Part shown: piece by piece, positions 19,074 through 28,961 of the stretch | Numbering within the stretch: the stretch's first letter is position 1 | How the letters are laid out: each line of letters starts with the position of its first letter | Assembly (NCBI GenBank): GCA_963663165.1 | Contig: OY760175.1 | Location: forward strand, 6,016,001-6,080,000 | DNA length: 64,000 bases | Direction: 5' to 3' | Origin: an uncultured Desulfospira sp. | GTDB taxonomy: Bacteria > Desulfobacterota > Desulfobacteria > Desulfobacterales > Desulfobacteraceae | Translations under genes and position numbers: made by a program | The notes under the pieces: generated by a model | Database searches by the model: none | Told to the model about the DNA's origin: nothing | Seen by the model: only the letters and a program-made list of their open reading frames with translations

Positions 19074-19991
19074 ATGAGAATTGTCACCCGCTCAGATTTT
19101 GACGGCGTTGTCTGTGCTGTCCTTTTATTCGAAGCCCTTGAAAAAGACCATGATTTAAATCCGGTAATTTTTTGGACTGAACCCGGTGAAGTCCAGGCCG
19201 GAACCGCAGATATCAAAAAAGGCGATATCCTGGCCAACCTGCCCTGGCATAAGGACTGCAGTCTCTGGTTTGACCATCACATATCCAACAAGCCGGACCA
19301 GGCCTTTGAGGGGGCCTTTGATGTCGCGCCGTCCGCAGCCGGTGTGATTTATAAGTACTATAAGCAACAGGGGAAACTGGACAGAAGGTTCGATGACCTG
19401 GTGGAAAATGCCGACATGATCGACTCGGCCGACCTGAACATGGATCAGGTCATGACCCCGGAAAAGTATCCCTGGGTGATTTTATCCATGACCCTGAAAA
19501 ACCGGAACTATGAGGATATTCCCTATTGGAATCATCTGGTTTCCCTGCTTCGGAGCAAATCCGTTGACGATATTTTAAAAGACCCTGAAGTGGCCGCCCG
19601 GCGTCAGGAAGCTATTGATGAAAACACCAATTTTATCCATCATCTTAAAGACCACACCAAACTTCACGGCAAGGTTTCTGTAACCGACTTCAGCTCCTTT
19701 GAGGTGGTCCCTGTCGGGAACCGGTTTTTGATTTATTCCCTGTTTCCGGAAACCGTGGCCAGCATGAAAATCAGATACAAAGACAAAGAAAAAACCAAAA
19801 TCCTGCTCAGCGTGGGCCGAAGTATTTTTAACCAGGGGTGCCGGGTCAACATCGGGGAATTGTTATCCCGGTACGGCGGCGGGGGCCACGCCGGTGCCGG
19901 CGGCTGCACCCTTGACGCCAACGGCTCTGCCGGAAAAATTCAGGAAATCCTGGATATCATGAAGACCAATCAGCCGCTTTCGGCTGAGTAA
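19074..19991 (+). CDS. DHH-family phosphoesterase (exopolyphosphatase/nanoRNase-like)
   Basis: TRSDFDG, WFDHH, GGGGHAGAGGC. Confidence 0.88.
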   Translation: MRIVTRSDFDGVVCAVLLFEALEKDHDLNPVIFWTEPGEVQAGTADIKKGDILANLPWHKDCSLWFDHHISNKPDQAFEGAFDVAPSAAGVIYKYYKQQGKLDRRFDDLVENADMIDSADLNMDQVMTPEKYPWVILSMTLKNRNYEDIPYWNHLVSLLRSKSVDDILKDPEVAARRQEAIDENTNFIHHLKDHTKLHGKVSVTDFSSFEVVPVGNRFLIYSLFPETVASMKIRYKDKEKTKILLSVGRSIFNQGCRVNIGELLSRYGGGGHAGAGGCTLDANGSAGKIQEILDIMKTNQPLSAE

Positions 19992-20117
19992 AAACCTTAC
20001 TGAACAGCCGATTTTCAATTGCGATATTTCGCAGATGTTTCTCTGGGCTGCGCCCCATCAGTCGCGTTGAATTTTCAATAAGGGTATCCATAAAAAAGAA
20101 TACGGTTAAAAATAATG

Positions 20118-20197
20118 GACTTGGGACTTGGGATATGGGACCTGGGGATTGCGGCATCCACGGCCTCCCCAAGTCCCATATCCCATATCCCAAGTCT
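20118..20197. repeat. heptamer-built palindrome (GGGACTT/GGGATAT units)
   Basis: GGACTTGGGACTTGGGATATGGGACCTGGGG ... CCCCAAGTCCCATATCCCATATCCCAAGTCTC; sister element at 59668-59746. Confidence 0.8.
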
Positions 20198-20398
20198 CAA
20201 CAATATACATTATTATCCGCACACCCCCCACTATAAATTGCCATTGACCTGACAGCAGGGTTTTGCCCTTCGTTCACAGCTCACCTTGACATTCTTCAGA
20301 AAATGCCTATGCTATCTGAGTTAACCCATATGCAGTTGCCGGCTGGATATGGTTTCCTTCGGTTTTCGAAGGGTAAGACAAAAGGAGAATGTGTTGTA

Positions 20399-20653
20399 AT
20401 GCCCATATATGAATTTAAATGTTCAAAGTGTGAAGAGTTTTTTGAAGTCATTGTCATGGGATCCCAGGACGATAAAACCGTAGCCTGTCCCAAATGTAAA
20501 TCTGAGGAGTTTGAGCGGGTGGTCTCCCGGACCAATTTCACCATGGGAGCCTCAACCCAGTCCGGTCATGCCAGAGGTGTCCAGACCCAGGAAAGAAACT
20601 GTTCAAGCGGATCATGTAAGACATATACGGTGGCTGGAGAAACAAGAGACTAG
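20399..20653 (+). CDS. FmdB-family zinc-ribbon protein
   Basis: MPIYEFKCSKC...CPKC...CSSGSC; AAGGAG upstream. Confidence 0.9.
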   Translation: MPIYEFKCSKCEEFFEVIVMGSQDDKTVACPKCKSEEFERVVSRTNFTMGASTQSGHARGVQTQERNCSSGSCKTYTVAGETRD

Positions 20654-20987
20654 TAAGGAAAGTTTCCTGCTTGCCCGGGGCAGCCCATTAAAATAGTACT
20701 GTTTTTAATGTGCTGCCTGAAGCGTGTGATACCAAAAGGCCGGGTTCCCGGCCGGTTTTCCCGGTTCAGTTTTTCAAGGCGGATTTTTCCCGCCGGAACC
20801 GGGGTCCTTTTTCTACAACACGGCCATGCCCTGAAGGGCGGAAACCGGGCCGGTCTGTTTATATAGCCAGGATCCGCTCGAAACCAATGTTGAAAGCCCC
20901 GGCTATCCGCCAATAGCTGGCTGTCAACACGGTTATACCCGGCCACCGCTGTCTGGATGCTGTTAAAATGATTCAAAAGGAGGTTGT

Positions 20988-22295
20988 ATGACCCAGGTTG
21001 CAAAATTAATTATTGATGGAAAAGAACTGACCCTTCCGGTGATTGAAGGCTCTGAAGGGGAAAAAGCCATAGATATCAGAAAGCTCAGGCAGCAGACAGG
21101 GTATATTACCTATGACCCGGGATATGGGAACACCGGCGCATGCAGAAGCAGCATTACCTACATGGACGGTGAAAAAGGGATTTTACGGTACAGGGGAATC
21201 CCCATTGAACAGCTGGCTGAAAAATCCACCTTTGTTGAAACCGCGTATCTGCTGATTTCAGGCCGGCTGCCCACCCGGGATGAACTGATCAAAACATCGG
21301 TTCTGCTCAATGATTTTTCTCCCATTCACGAAAATATGAAGGCGTTTTATGCCAATTATCCGCCCATGGCCCATCCCATGGGGATCCTTTCGGCCATGCT
21401 CAATGCCATGAGAAGCTTTTATCCCGAGTTAATGGACCTGGATGCGGAAATGAACCAGACCTTTTTGCGCCTGATTTCAAAGATCAGGACCATGGCGGCC
21501 ATGGCCTATAAAATTTCCAGGGGACACCGGGTGGTTTATCCCCGGCCGGACCTGTGCTATTGCTCTAATTTTTTAAACATGATGTTTGACAATCCCGTGG
21601 TCCCTTATGAGATTGATTCGGATATGGTCAGAGCCCTGAATGTGTTCTGGATCCTCCACGCCGACCATGAGCAGAACTGTTCTACCACCACTGTCCGGGC
21701 GGTGGGGTCCAGCGGGGTCAATATTTATGCCACGGTTTCCTCGGGCATTGCCGCGCTGTGGGGACCGCTGCACGGCGGTGCCAACCAGGCCGTGATTCAG
21801 ATGCTCGAAAGAATCAAGCACGACGGCATGACCGTTGAAGACTGCATCAAAAAAGCCAAGGATAAAGAAGACCCGTTCCGGCTTATGGGGTTTGGGCACA
21901 GGGTTTATAAAACCTATGATCCCAGGGCAAAAATCATGAAAAAGATGTGTGATATTATTTTGTCCAAAACCACCAGACAGGACCCCCTTCTGGATATTGC
22001 CCGGCACTTGGAGGAAAGTGCCCTGGAAGATTCCTATTTCAAGGAGAAAAACCTTTATCCCAACGTGGATTTCTACTCGGGGATTGTTTTGAGGGCCATG
22101 GGCATTCCCACCAACATGTTTACGGTCATGTTTGCCATTGGCCGGCTCCCGGGATGGATTGCCCAGTGGAAAGAGGATATTATTGATCCTGAAATGAAAT
22201 TGTGCCGGCCCCGGCAGATTTATACGGGGAACAGGGAAATGGATTATGTCCCCATTGACCAGAGAAAGGCCGAGAATGGGCATGGTGAAGGCTGA
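20988..22295 (+). CDS. gltA: citrate synthase
   Basis: LHADHEQNCST, GPLHGGAN, GFGHRVYK, YPNVDFYSG. Confidence 0.96.
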   Translation: MTQVAKLIIDGKELTLPVIEGSEGEKAIDIRKLRQQTGYITYDPGYGNTGACRSSITYMDGEKGILRYRGIPIEQLAEKSTFVETAYLLISGRLPTRDELIKTSVLLNDFSPIHENMKAFYANYPPMAHPMGILSAMLNAMRSFYPELMDLDAEMNQTFLRLISKIRTMAAMAYKISRGHRVVYPRPDLCYCSNFLNMMFDNPVVPYEIDSDMVRALNVFWILHADHEQNCSTTTVRAVGSSGVNIYATVSSGIAALWGPLHGGANQAVIQMLERIKHDGMTVEDCIKKAKDKEDPFRLMGFGHRVYKTYDPRAKIMKKMCDIILSKTTRQDPLLDIARHLEESALEDSYFKEKNLYPNVDFYSGIVLRAMGIPTNMFTVMFAIGRLPGWIAQWKEDIIDPEMKLCRPRQIYTGNREMDYVPIDQRKAENGHGEG

Positions 22296-23106
22296 GAATC
22301 GAAAGCTCGAGATTATTGCCCACAGGGGGGCTAGGAGCCTTGCCCCTGAAAATACCCTTGCCGCGGCCCAAAAAGGCTTTGCCGCCGGCGCCCACCGGTG
22401 GGAAACCGATGTGAGCCTGACCAAAGACAAGCACCCTGTTCTTTTTCATGACCAGGACCTGTCCCGGTGTACCAACGCGGCCAGCGTGTTTGCCTCGGAA
22501 CAGGCCCGGGCCGGCCGGTATTTTTTGTCTGATTTTACCTTAAAAGAGCTCCTGACCCTGGATGCCGGTTCCCATTTTATTGAAACCGATCCTTTTTCAA
22601 CCATCAAGGATCAAACGGTTTCCAAGGCTGACCTGGAAAAATTCAGGGGGCAGAAGATCCCTACCCTGGACCAGGGCCTTGCCCTGACCCGGGATCTTGG
22701 CTGGGCCATCAACCTTGAACTCAAGGACCACGGAACAGAACCGGAACCCTATGACACGGCCCGGCTGACCCTGGCCGCTCTGGACCGGTCAGGCATATCG
22801 CCGGATCAGGTGGTGATGTCATCTTTTAACCACGACTGGCTTGCCTGGATATTAACGAAGACTAAACAATTTGAAGTCCAGGCCCTGGTGGGAGATCTGG
22901 ACACAGCCCCCCTTGATTTTAAAGATTTTTCATTTTCAGTGTATAACGTGAATGCCCGGTTGATTACCACAGATGACATCAAAATGCTTAAAGCCCGGGG
23001 AAAAAAGATCAACCTGTTCACGGTCAATGAGCCGGACCGGGCCGCTTTGTTTTTTGAGGCCGGGGTGGATGGGATTTTCACCGATTTCCCTCAGTATTTT
23101 GTATGA
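22276..23106 (+). CDS. glycerophosphodiester phosphodiesterase
   Basis: IAHRGA..PENT, ETDV, FHD, NLELK, SSF, FTVN, GIFTDFP. Confidence 0.92.
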   Translation: MGMVKAENRKLEIIAHRGARSLAPENTLAAAQKGFAAGAHRWETDVSLTKDKHPVLFHDQDLSRCTNAASVFASEQARAGRYFLSDFTLKELLTLDAGSHFIETDPFSTIKDQTVSKADLEKFRGQKIPTLDQGLALTRDLGWAINLELKDHGTEPEPYDTARLTLAALDRSGISPDQVVMSSFNHDWLAWILTKTKQFEVQALVGDLDTAPLDFKDFSFSVYNVNARLITTDDIKMLKARGKKINLFTVNEPDRAALFFEAGVDGIFTDFPQYFV

Positions 23107-23196
23107 AGCTATTGGCTTTAGCTTTTAGCCATAAGGACTTTCAACCATTCGCTAGCAGCTAACAGCTAATGGCTAACAGTTAACAGCTAACCGCCA
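23107..23196. repeat. heptamer-built palindrome (TTAGCYR / GCTAAYR units)
   Basis: AGCTATTGGCTTTAGCTTTTAGCC ... GCTAGCAGCTAACAGCTAATGGCTAACAG; related arrays at 8750-8784, 27646-27735, 35935-36030, 37346-37396, 47827-47925. Confidence 0.75.
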
Positions 23197-23209
23197 AAAA
23201 GGATAGGTC

Positions 23210-24100
23210 ATGGAAATTACAAAAGAAAAAACACGTGTGGGATTTATCGGGCTCGGGGTCATGGGACAGCACATGGCCGGGCATATTCTAAACCGGGGAT
23301 TTGAACTTCATGTCTTTACCCGGACAAAATCCAAGGCAGAACGCCTGATTGGCCGCGGTGCGGTATGGGAAGACAGCGTGGCAGGCCTTGCCGGAAAATC
23401 AGATTTGATTATTTCCATGGTCGGATTTCCTGAGGATGTCAAGCAGGTTTACTTAGGGCCTGCCGGTATACTGGAAAACGCGGCCCCGGGAAGCATTGCC
23501 CTGGACATGACCACCTCAGATCCCGCCCTTGCCGCCACCTTGTTTGAAGCCGGCCGGGAAAAAGGGATTCATGTTCTGGACGCCCCGGTTTCCGGCGGGG
23601 ACTCAGGGGCAAAAAACGCCACCCTGTCCATTATGGTGGGGGGCGAAGAACCGGTATTTAAAACGGCCCGACCCATTCTGGACATCATGGGAAAAAATAT
23701 TGTTTACCAGGGAAAGGCCGGGGCCGGCCAGCATACCAAAATGGCCAATCAGATGGCCATTGCCGCCGGCATGTTAGGGGTGTGCGAGGCCCTGGCCTAT
23801 GTAAAGCAGGCCGGCCTTGACCCGGAAACGGTCCTTGACAGTATCGGCGCCGGTGCGGCCGGGTCATGGAGTTTGAACAATTTAGGGCCCCGGATTCTCA
23901 AAGGGGATTTTGCCCCGGGCTTTTTCATCAAGCATTTTATCAAAGATATGGATATTGCGTCAAAATCTTCCAAAACCCTCGGCCTTGACACCCCGGGGCT
24001 TGATCTTGCCCTGTCCATGTACCGGCAGGCCGCCCAGAAAGGGATGGCAGATGACGGCACCCAGGGGCTGTATAAACTGTATGAGGACAGCCATGGGTAG
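23210..24100 (+). CDS. NAD(P)-dependent beta-hydroxyacid dehydrogenase (3-hydroxyisobutyrate/tartronate semialdehyde reductase family)
   Basis: GFIGLGVMG, DAPVSGG, GAGQHTKMANQ, KHFIKDM. Confidence 0.92.
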   Translation: MEITKEKTRVGFIGLGVMGQHMAGHILNRGFELHVFTRTKSKAERLIGRGAVWEDSVAGLAGKSDLIISMVGFPEDVKQVYLGPAGILENAAPGSIALDMTTSDPALAATLFEAGREKGIHVLDAPVSGGDSGAKNATLSIMVGGEEPVFKTARPILDIMGKNIVYQGKAGAGQHTKMANQMAIAAGMLGVCEALAYVKQAGLDPETVLDSIGAGAAGSWSLNNLGPRILKGDFAPGFFIKHFIKDMDIASKSSKTLGLDTPGLDLALSMYRQAAQKGMADDGTQGLYKLYEDSHG

Positions 24101-24115
24101 TGTGGTTGGGATTTT

Positions 24116-25504
24116 TTAACGGCGGTTTATGTTAAAAGGCCACAAGGTGACGGTTTTTTCCCTCAGCCGCCCAAAGTCTTCTTTTTTCATGAGGACAATG
24201 GACCGGACCGACTGATCATACCGGCGGGAGAAAAACAACAGCAGCAGCAGGGTCGATAAGAAATACGATATGGATGAGGCAATGGCTGCCCCGGAGATCC
24301 CTAAGGGGGGGATCAACATAAAGTTAAGGATGATATTGCAGACCATGCTGCCCACCGAAACCATGGACACCAGGCCTGGCCGGTTCAGGCTGTAGATGTC
24401 CGCCTGTAAAATCGGGTAAACCGATAAAAACAGCATGCCCGGCAGCAGACAGACAAGGGCTTTGTAAGCGGGAAAAAACGATGCCCCAAAAAGGATTAAA
24501 ATAATCAGTTTCCCGAACAGGGCCGTGAGGATACAGGCCAGGAACATGAAAAACAGAAGATACCGGGTCACCTTTGAGGTTAATTGCCTTCCCTTATGGT
24601 GATCGGTCTCAAGCCGTATGGGTAAAAAAGGATCAACCACCGAGTCGGAAAGGGCCAGTAGAATTTCAGCTATGGATACGGAAACCGCATAATACCCTGT
24701 GGCGGCGGGTCCCAGAAAATAGGCGATCAAGAGCAGATCCACCCGCCGGGTGATCTGTGAGGCCAGGGTGTGGACACTGCCCCGCGCGCCATAAGTAAAG
24801 GCCTGTTTGGCCTGTTCAAGGTTGACGGACAGGTGCCGGGAGGTCAGTTTCAACAGCTTGTAAAGGAACAATGCCACCACAATCGTGGCCCCGGTAATCC
24901 AGGACAGGGCCGCAGACAAAAGCGCATTGCCGGTCAAGACCCAGAAAATGAAGAGGCAGACCACGGGCAGGGTAGAGTATACCAGGCTGAGAATATTGAT
25001 AAAATGAATGGCCTTGACCGCAAGCAGCAGCTGGGTCAGGGTCCGGTGGGCCAGGTAGAGCGGGATGGCCGCAATCAGCAGAAACTTGATGGGCTCAAGG
25101 TCCCCAATGGCCTCAAACCCGATCCGGTTCCCGGCCCCCATCAGGACATAGCCCGCAATCCCCAGGACAAGGCCCTGAATGACCAGATAGACCAGGCAGT
25201 TTCCTAAAATTGTTTTTAAAGGCACCTTTTTATGGGTGGACAGATACAGGCTGCCCAGCCCGAACCCCAAATTGCCGATGGCCGCAATCAATTCAGGAAT
25301 GGCAATGAACAGACTGTAAATTCCCCTTCCCGAAGGCCCTAAAAACCGGGTTAAAATAATATTTTTCAACACCCGTATGGGAAGGTGAACCGCCTTGGTC
25401 ATCAGGGTGGACAGGGCAAAGGCCTTGAGCTGTCCGGTAATACCGGCCAGCTTTTTTTTATGCTCAGGAGAATCTGTATGGGGATGTTCTTGAGAGCTTG
25501 CCAT
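24116..25504 (-). CDS. Wzx-type oligosaccharide flippase (MOP superfamily)
   Basis: Many TM segments; TRFLGPSGRGIY, GYYAVS, LIPPLGISGAAIAS. Confidence 0.88.
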   Translation of the reverse strand: MASSQEHPHTDSPEHKKKLAGITGQLKAFALSTLMTKAVHLPIRVLKNIILTRFLGPSGRGIYSLFIAIPELIAAIGNLGFGLGSLYLSTHKKVPLKTILGNCLVYLVIQGLVLGIAGYVLMGAGNRIGFEAIGDLEPIKFLLIAAIPLYLAHRTLTQLLLAVKAIHFINILSLVYSTLPVVCLFIFWVLTGNALLSAALSWITGATIVVALFLYKLLKLTSRHLSVNLEQAKQAFTYGARGSVHTLASQITRRVDLLLIAYFLGPAATGYYAVSVSIAEILLALSDSVVDPFLPIRLETDHHKGRQLTSKVTRYLLFFMFLACILTALFGKLIILILFGASFFPAYKALVCLLPGMLFLSVYPILQADIYSLNRPGLVSMVSVGSMVCNIILNFMLIPPLGISGAAIASSISYFLSTLLLLLFFSRRYDQSVRSIVLMKKEDFGRLREKTVTLWPFNINRR

Positions 25505-26499
25505 TATTTTTCCCGTGTCTGGTGGTTAAAGGCCAGGGCTTTCACACATTGTCCAAGTCCCCGAAGGGTTGCCAGGCCGGTGACATGCCACCGGATAAAG
25601 GTTAACAGCCAGACCCGGCACAGGACCAATGGGGTTTGTCTGATGGTTTTCCGTGAAAAGGAAAGCCCGAAAGACGGAGACACCCAGGCCATAAAAAGCC
25701 AGGTCCCGGAGGTCAGGGCCGGAGGCGGCCATAATACCGCCATCAGGGTCAGAAGGCAAGCCAGGTGAATCAGCCCTAAAGCGGGCACCCTTAAGGTCCG
25801 GGCCTTGAATCCGGACTTGAATGCCAGGGACAGGGCATTGGCCTGGCGCCAGAATTCTTTTTTGACAAACTCTCCAAGGGTTTGTTCCACCCCCATGTGG
25901 ATCAGGGGAAGCCCTGAGATCTTGAGCAATTCAATCCCCTGCCAGTGGGCCCTTAAGGTGAAATCCTTGTCCTCGCAGGTGGGCAGATCCGGGTCAAATC
26001 CCTTGAGATCCTCAAAAACGGTCTTGGGCAGCATCAAATTTCTGCCCGGCAGGTAGTCGACGTTTTGCTCTCCCGGCGTTGGGTCCCAGTTCTTCATATT
26101 CCATGCCTTTCCCACCCAGGGGGCATCTTCAGGGGGGCGGTCACAAAATCCGATAATGCCGGAAAATCCTTGCTCAAAATAACGGTATGCCGTTGTCAGC
26201 CAGTCATCCGGGACCTGTATATCCGCGTCAAGGAAGGCAAGGATACGGCCCTTTGCCAGGCCGGCCCCCATGTTGCGAAGTTCGGATATGGAATGGCTTC
26301 TGGGGGCCTGGACAATTTTAATGCCCTTGCCTTTGGCTGTTTCAACGGTATTGTCCGTGGACCCGTTGTCAACCAGGATGACCTCAACCTTAGCCCCGTC
26401 TGTTTGACAGGCCAGGAGACTGTCAAGGCAGGAACCGATGTGCCGGCCTTCATTCAAAGCCGGGATGACGATACTGATCAAGGGGGGCTGTCCGGCCAT
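25504..26499 (-). CDS. GT2 glycosyltransferase with C-terminal TM segments
   Basis: SIVIPALNE, VDNGSTD, FLDAD, GFD...EDKDF. Confidence 0.9.
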   Translation of the reverse strand: MAGQPPLISIVIPALNEGRHIGSCLDSLLACQTDGAKVEVILVDNGSTDNTVETAKGKGIKIVQAPRSHSISELRNMGAGLAKGRILAFLDADIQVPDDWLTTAYRYFEQGFSGIIGFCDRPPEDAPWVGKAWNMKNWDPTPGEQNVDYLPGRNLMLPKTVFEDLKGFDPDLPTCEDKDFTLRAHWQGIELLKISGLPLIHMGVEQTLGEFVKKEFWRQANALSLAFKSGFKARTLRVPALGLIHLACLLTLMAVLWPPPALTSGTWLFMAWVSPSFGLSFSRKTIRQTPLVLCRVWLLTFIRWHVTGLATLRGLGQCVKALAFNHQTREK

Positions 26500-26503
26500 G
26501 GTG

Positions 26504-27565
26504 TTATGTTTTATTAAACCCCAGCACCTGGTTGAACATCCCCACCACAGCCCGTTTCAATGCGGTCTGGTCCATTGAGAAATCCGATGCCAGGCTTTTT
26601 CTTAACAGATACTGGTCAATAAGATACTGGTGAAGTTTATTGGCGGCCCGGTACCGGATCACATATACGGCACCGTCCTGGAAGTCTTTGCCAACGCTCT
26701 TTTTGGTCTGGACATAACCGGTAAACAGCATCTTTATCCGTTTGAGATGGCCGTCCCTGAACACATCCACCGGCATCCAGAATACCTCAAATTTGGCGGG
26801 CAGTTTGGTATAGGCCGTCAGCTTGATGCACTCTTCGTTGATGTCCACCACCTGGCCGGCCGCAAAGGGTTTTCGGGACACCGGGTCAAGCAGGTGAAAT
26901 TCAATTTTTCCCAGGCCGATCCGTTCAAGGCGTCTCTTTTCATTAAAGGATTTTTTAACGTCCACCTTATAGGACGCCCACATCAGCTGGGACAGTTTCC
27001 GGCAAACGGTCAGGATAACGGCCCCAATGGTAATGCCCACCATAAACGCACTGGAAAAGAAATCCTGGCCCTGCTGGATGTTCTTATTGTCAATACTGGC
27101 CCGGATGACCTTGGGGGTGCTGTGGGGGGTGAACAGCTGGGAGTAGCCGATCATGCCGGGTTTTACCGTGAACCTGAAATCGTAATCTTTGATTTTTTTG
27201 CAGTGGGCTTCATATACGGCCTGCCGCTCAGGCCTGGGCCCGATGAAGGCCATGTCCCCCCTCAAAATGTTATACAATTGGGGCAGCTCATCAATACGGG
27301 TATCCCGCATGAATTTGGTAAACGGGGTCACCATGTTGTGTTTTTTGTTCAGCAGGTCTGAGCCGATTTTTTTTTCAGCATCCACGGGAAGGGTTCGAAA
27401 TTTATACATGATAAATTTTTGTTTGTCCTTTCCCAGCCGTTCCCCTTTATAAAGCAAAGGCCCCTTGTTGACCTTAAGGGATATGGCCCAGACAATTAAG
27501 GCTATGGGCAGGGCCATCACCAGCATGACCAGGGAAAAAAAGATGTTCAGCGCTCTTGGAAGCAT
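26504..27565 (-). CDS. priming phosphoglycosyltransferase (PglC/WbaP-type catalytic domain) fused to a PilZ-like domain
   Basis: YKFRT, RIDELPQL, GPRPER, VKPGMIG; C-terminal EKRRLER (RxxxR) and VVDINEEC. Confidence 0.85.
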   Translation of the reverse strand: MLPRALNIFFSLVMLVMALPIALIVWAISLKVNKGPLLYKGERLGKDKQKFIMYKFRTLPVDAEKKIGSDLLNKKHNMVTPFTKFMRDTRIDELPQLYNILRGDMAFIGPRPERQAVYEAHCKKIKDYDFRFTVKPGMIGYSQLFTPHSTPKVIRASIDNKNIQQGQDFFSSAFMVGITIGAVILTVCRKLSQLMWASYKVDVKKSFNEKRRLERIGLGKIEFHLLDPVSRKPFAAGQVVDINEECIKLTAYTKLPAKFEVFWMPVDVFRDGHLKRIKMLFTGYVQTKKSVGKDFQDGAVYVIRYRAANKLHQYLIDQYLLRKSLASDFSMDQTALKRAVVGMFNQVLGFNKT

Positions 27566-27645
27566 ATTTTAATACATGGTTACGATTACAACATTATCCT
27601 GTTTTATGAGAAACTTTTATGGATATGTCAATAGAAGGATGGTAT

Positions 27646-27714
27646 TTAGCCATTAGCCATTAGCCATTAGCCATTAGCCATTAGCCATTAGCCATTAGCC
27701 GTTAGCCGTTAGCG
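27646..27714. repeat. tandem heptamer array (TTAGCCA)7(TTAGCCG)2TTAGCG
   Basis: Read directly, between divergent glycosyltransferase genes. Confidence 0.95.
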
Positions 27715-27758
27715 CATCAGCAAGCTAAAAGCTAAAAATTAACGAGAGTATCGCCGTA

Positions 27759-28961
27759 ATGATTATCAGCTGGATAAGCTTAATTTTGTTCTGGGCAGGT
27801 TTTTTTGTCTTTTTTCTGGTGTTTGCCGGATATCCCGGATTTTTATTCATCAGATCCCGGCTGGTTTCCCATACGTCTTTTCCGCCTGAATCCGGGGCAC
27901 CTGAACCGGATTTGACGGTTTCCGTTCTCGTGGTCTTCAGGAATGCCAAAGGACTTTTGGATGACAAGATCGCCAATTTTTTGAGCCTGGATTACCCTGA
28001 AGATAAGCTGGAGCTGGTCCTGGTTTCCGACGGCAGTGATGACGGCTCTCAACATCAAGATTCGTCCTGGCCGGTGAACATTTTAAAATGGTTCCATTTT
28101 AACGCCCACCAGGGGAAAAACAGGTGCATGAACTTTGGGGCAACCCAGTGTTCCGGGCAGATTATTGTCTTTTCCGATGTGGATGCCATGCTGTCAAAAG
28201 ACAGCGTGAAACGGATCTGCCGCCATTTTTCCGATCCTGGGACCGGGGGTGTATGCGGCCGGCGGGTGGTCTCTGAAAGTCTTTCAGGCATCACGTCAAG
28301 CCAGGTCAGGTACATTGGCTGGGATGCCATGATCAAGGAACTTGAGATGAAAAACGGCCTGAGCATTACCGCCCATGACGGCAAAGCCAATGCCGTGAGA
28401 AAGGCCTGTTTTGCCCCCATTGCCCAGGGCGTCACGGATGATGCGTTTATCGCCCTTGGGGTCATCGGGCAGGGCAAACGATTTGTATTTGACCGAAAGG
28501 TCACGGCGGCCATCAAAGTGCCGTCCCGAAGCCCCCTTCATGAACTTCAACGGCGCAAACGGATCGTTTCCCAGAGCTTGAACGGGCTTTTTATCCACCG
28601 GCGGCTCTTTAATCCGTTTCAATACGGCCTGTTTTCTTTTGGCCTGTTTATCAACAAGGTGCTCAGGCGGCTGCTGCCCGCGGCCGGGATCGCCATGCTC
28701 CTGTCATCCTTTGCCCTGTGGCGGCACGGCTCTTTTTTTTATGGGGTCTTGTTTGCCCTGCCCATGGCCGGCATGGCCGCTTTTGCCTCGTACCCGCTGA
28801 CCGGTCTTTGTTTATCGGGCACTGCCAAATGGCAAAAACAGCTCAACCGGCTCCTGGAGCTCGGGTTTTTCTTTTTATTGGGCATGGCCGGGACCCTGTG
28901 GGGCACCATCAGCTTTGCTACCGGTGAGAAAATCACCAAATGGGAGCCTGTCAAGAAATAA
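27759..28961 (+). CDS. GT2 glycosyltransferase (membrane-anchored)
   Basis: VSDGSDD, GK..CMN, FSDVD, TDD, ELQRRKRI; N- and C-terminal TM segments. Confidence 0.9.
   Translation: MIISWISLILFWAGFFVFFLVFAGYPGFLFIRSRLVSHTSFPPESGAPEPDLTVSVLVVFRNAKGLLDDKIANFLSLDYPEDKLELVLVSDGSDDGSQHQDSSWPVNILKWFHFNAHQGKNRCMNFGATQCSGQIIVFSDVDAMLSKDSVKRICRHFSDPGTGGVCGRRVVSESLSGITSSQVRYIGWDAMIKELEMKNGLSITAHDGKANAVRKACFAPIAQGVTDDAFIALGVIGQGKRFVFDRKVTAAIKVPSRSPLHELQRRKRIVSQSLNGLFIHRRLFNPFQYGLFSFGLFINKVLRRLLPAAGIAMLLSSFALWRHGSFFYGVLFALPMAGMAAFASYPLTGLCLSGTAKWQKQLNRLLELGFFFLLGMAGTLWGTISFATGEKITKWEPVKK

Noticed and set aside
20700..20987. Long GC-rich leader of gltA with several small hairpins
   Set aside because: No known RNA motif recognised and no second copy in the window; a ncRNA call cannot be supported.
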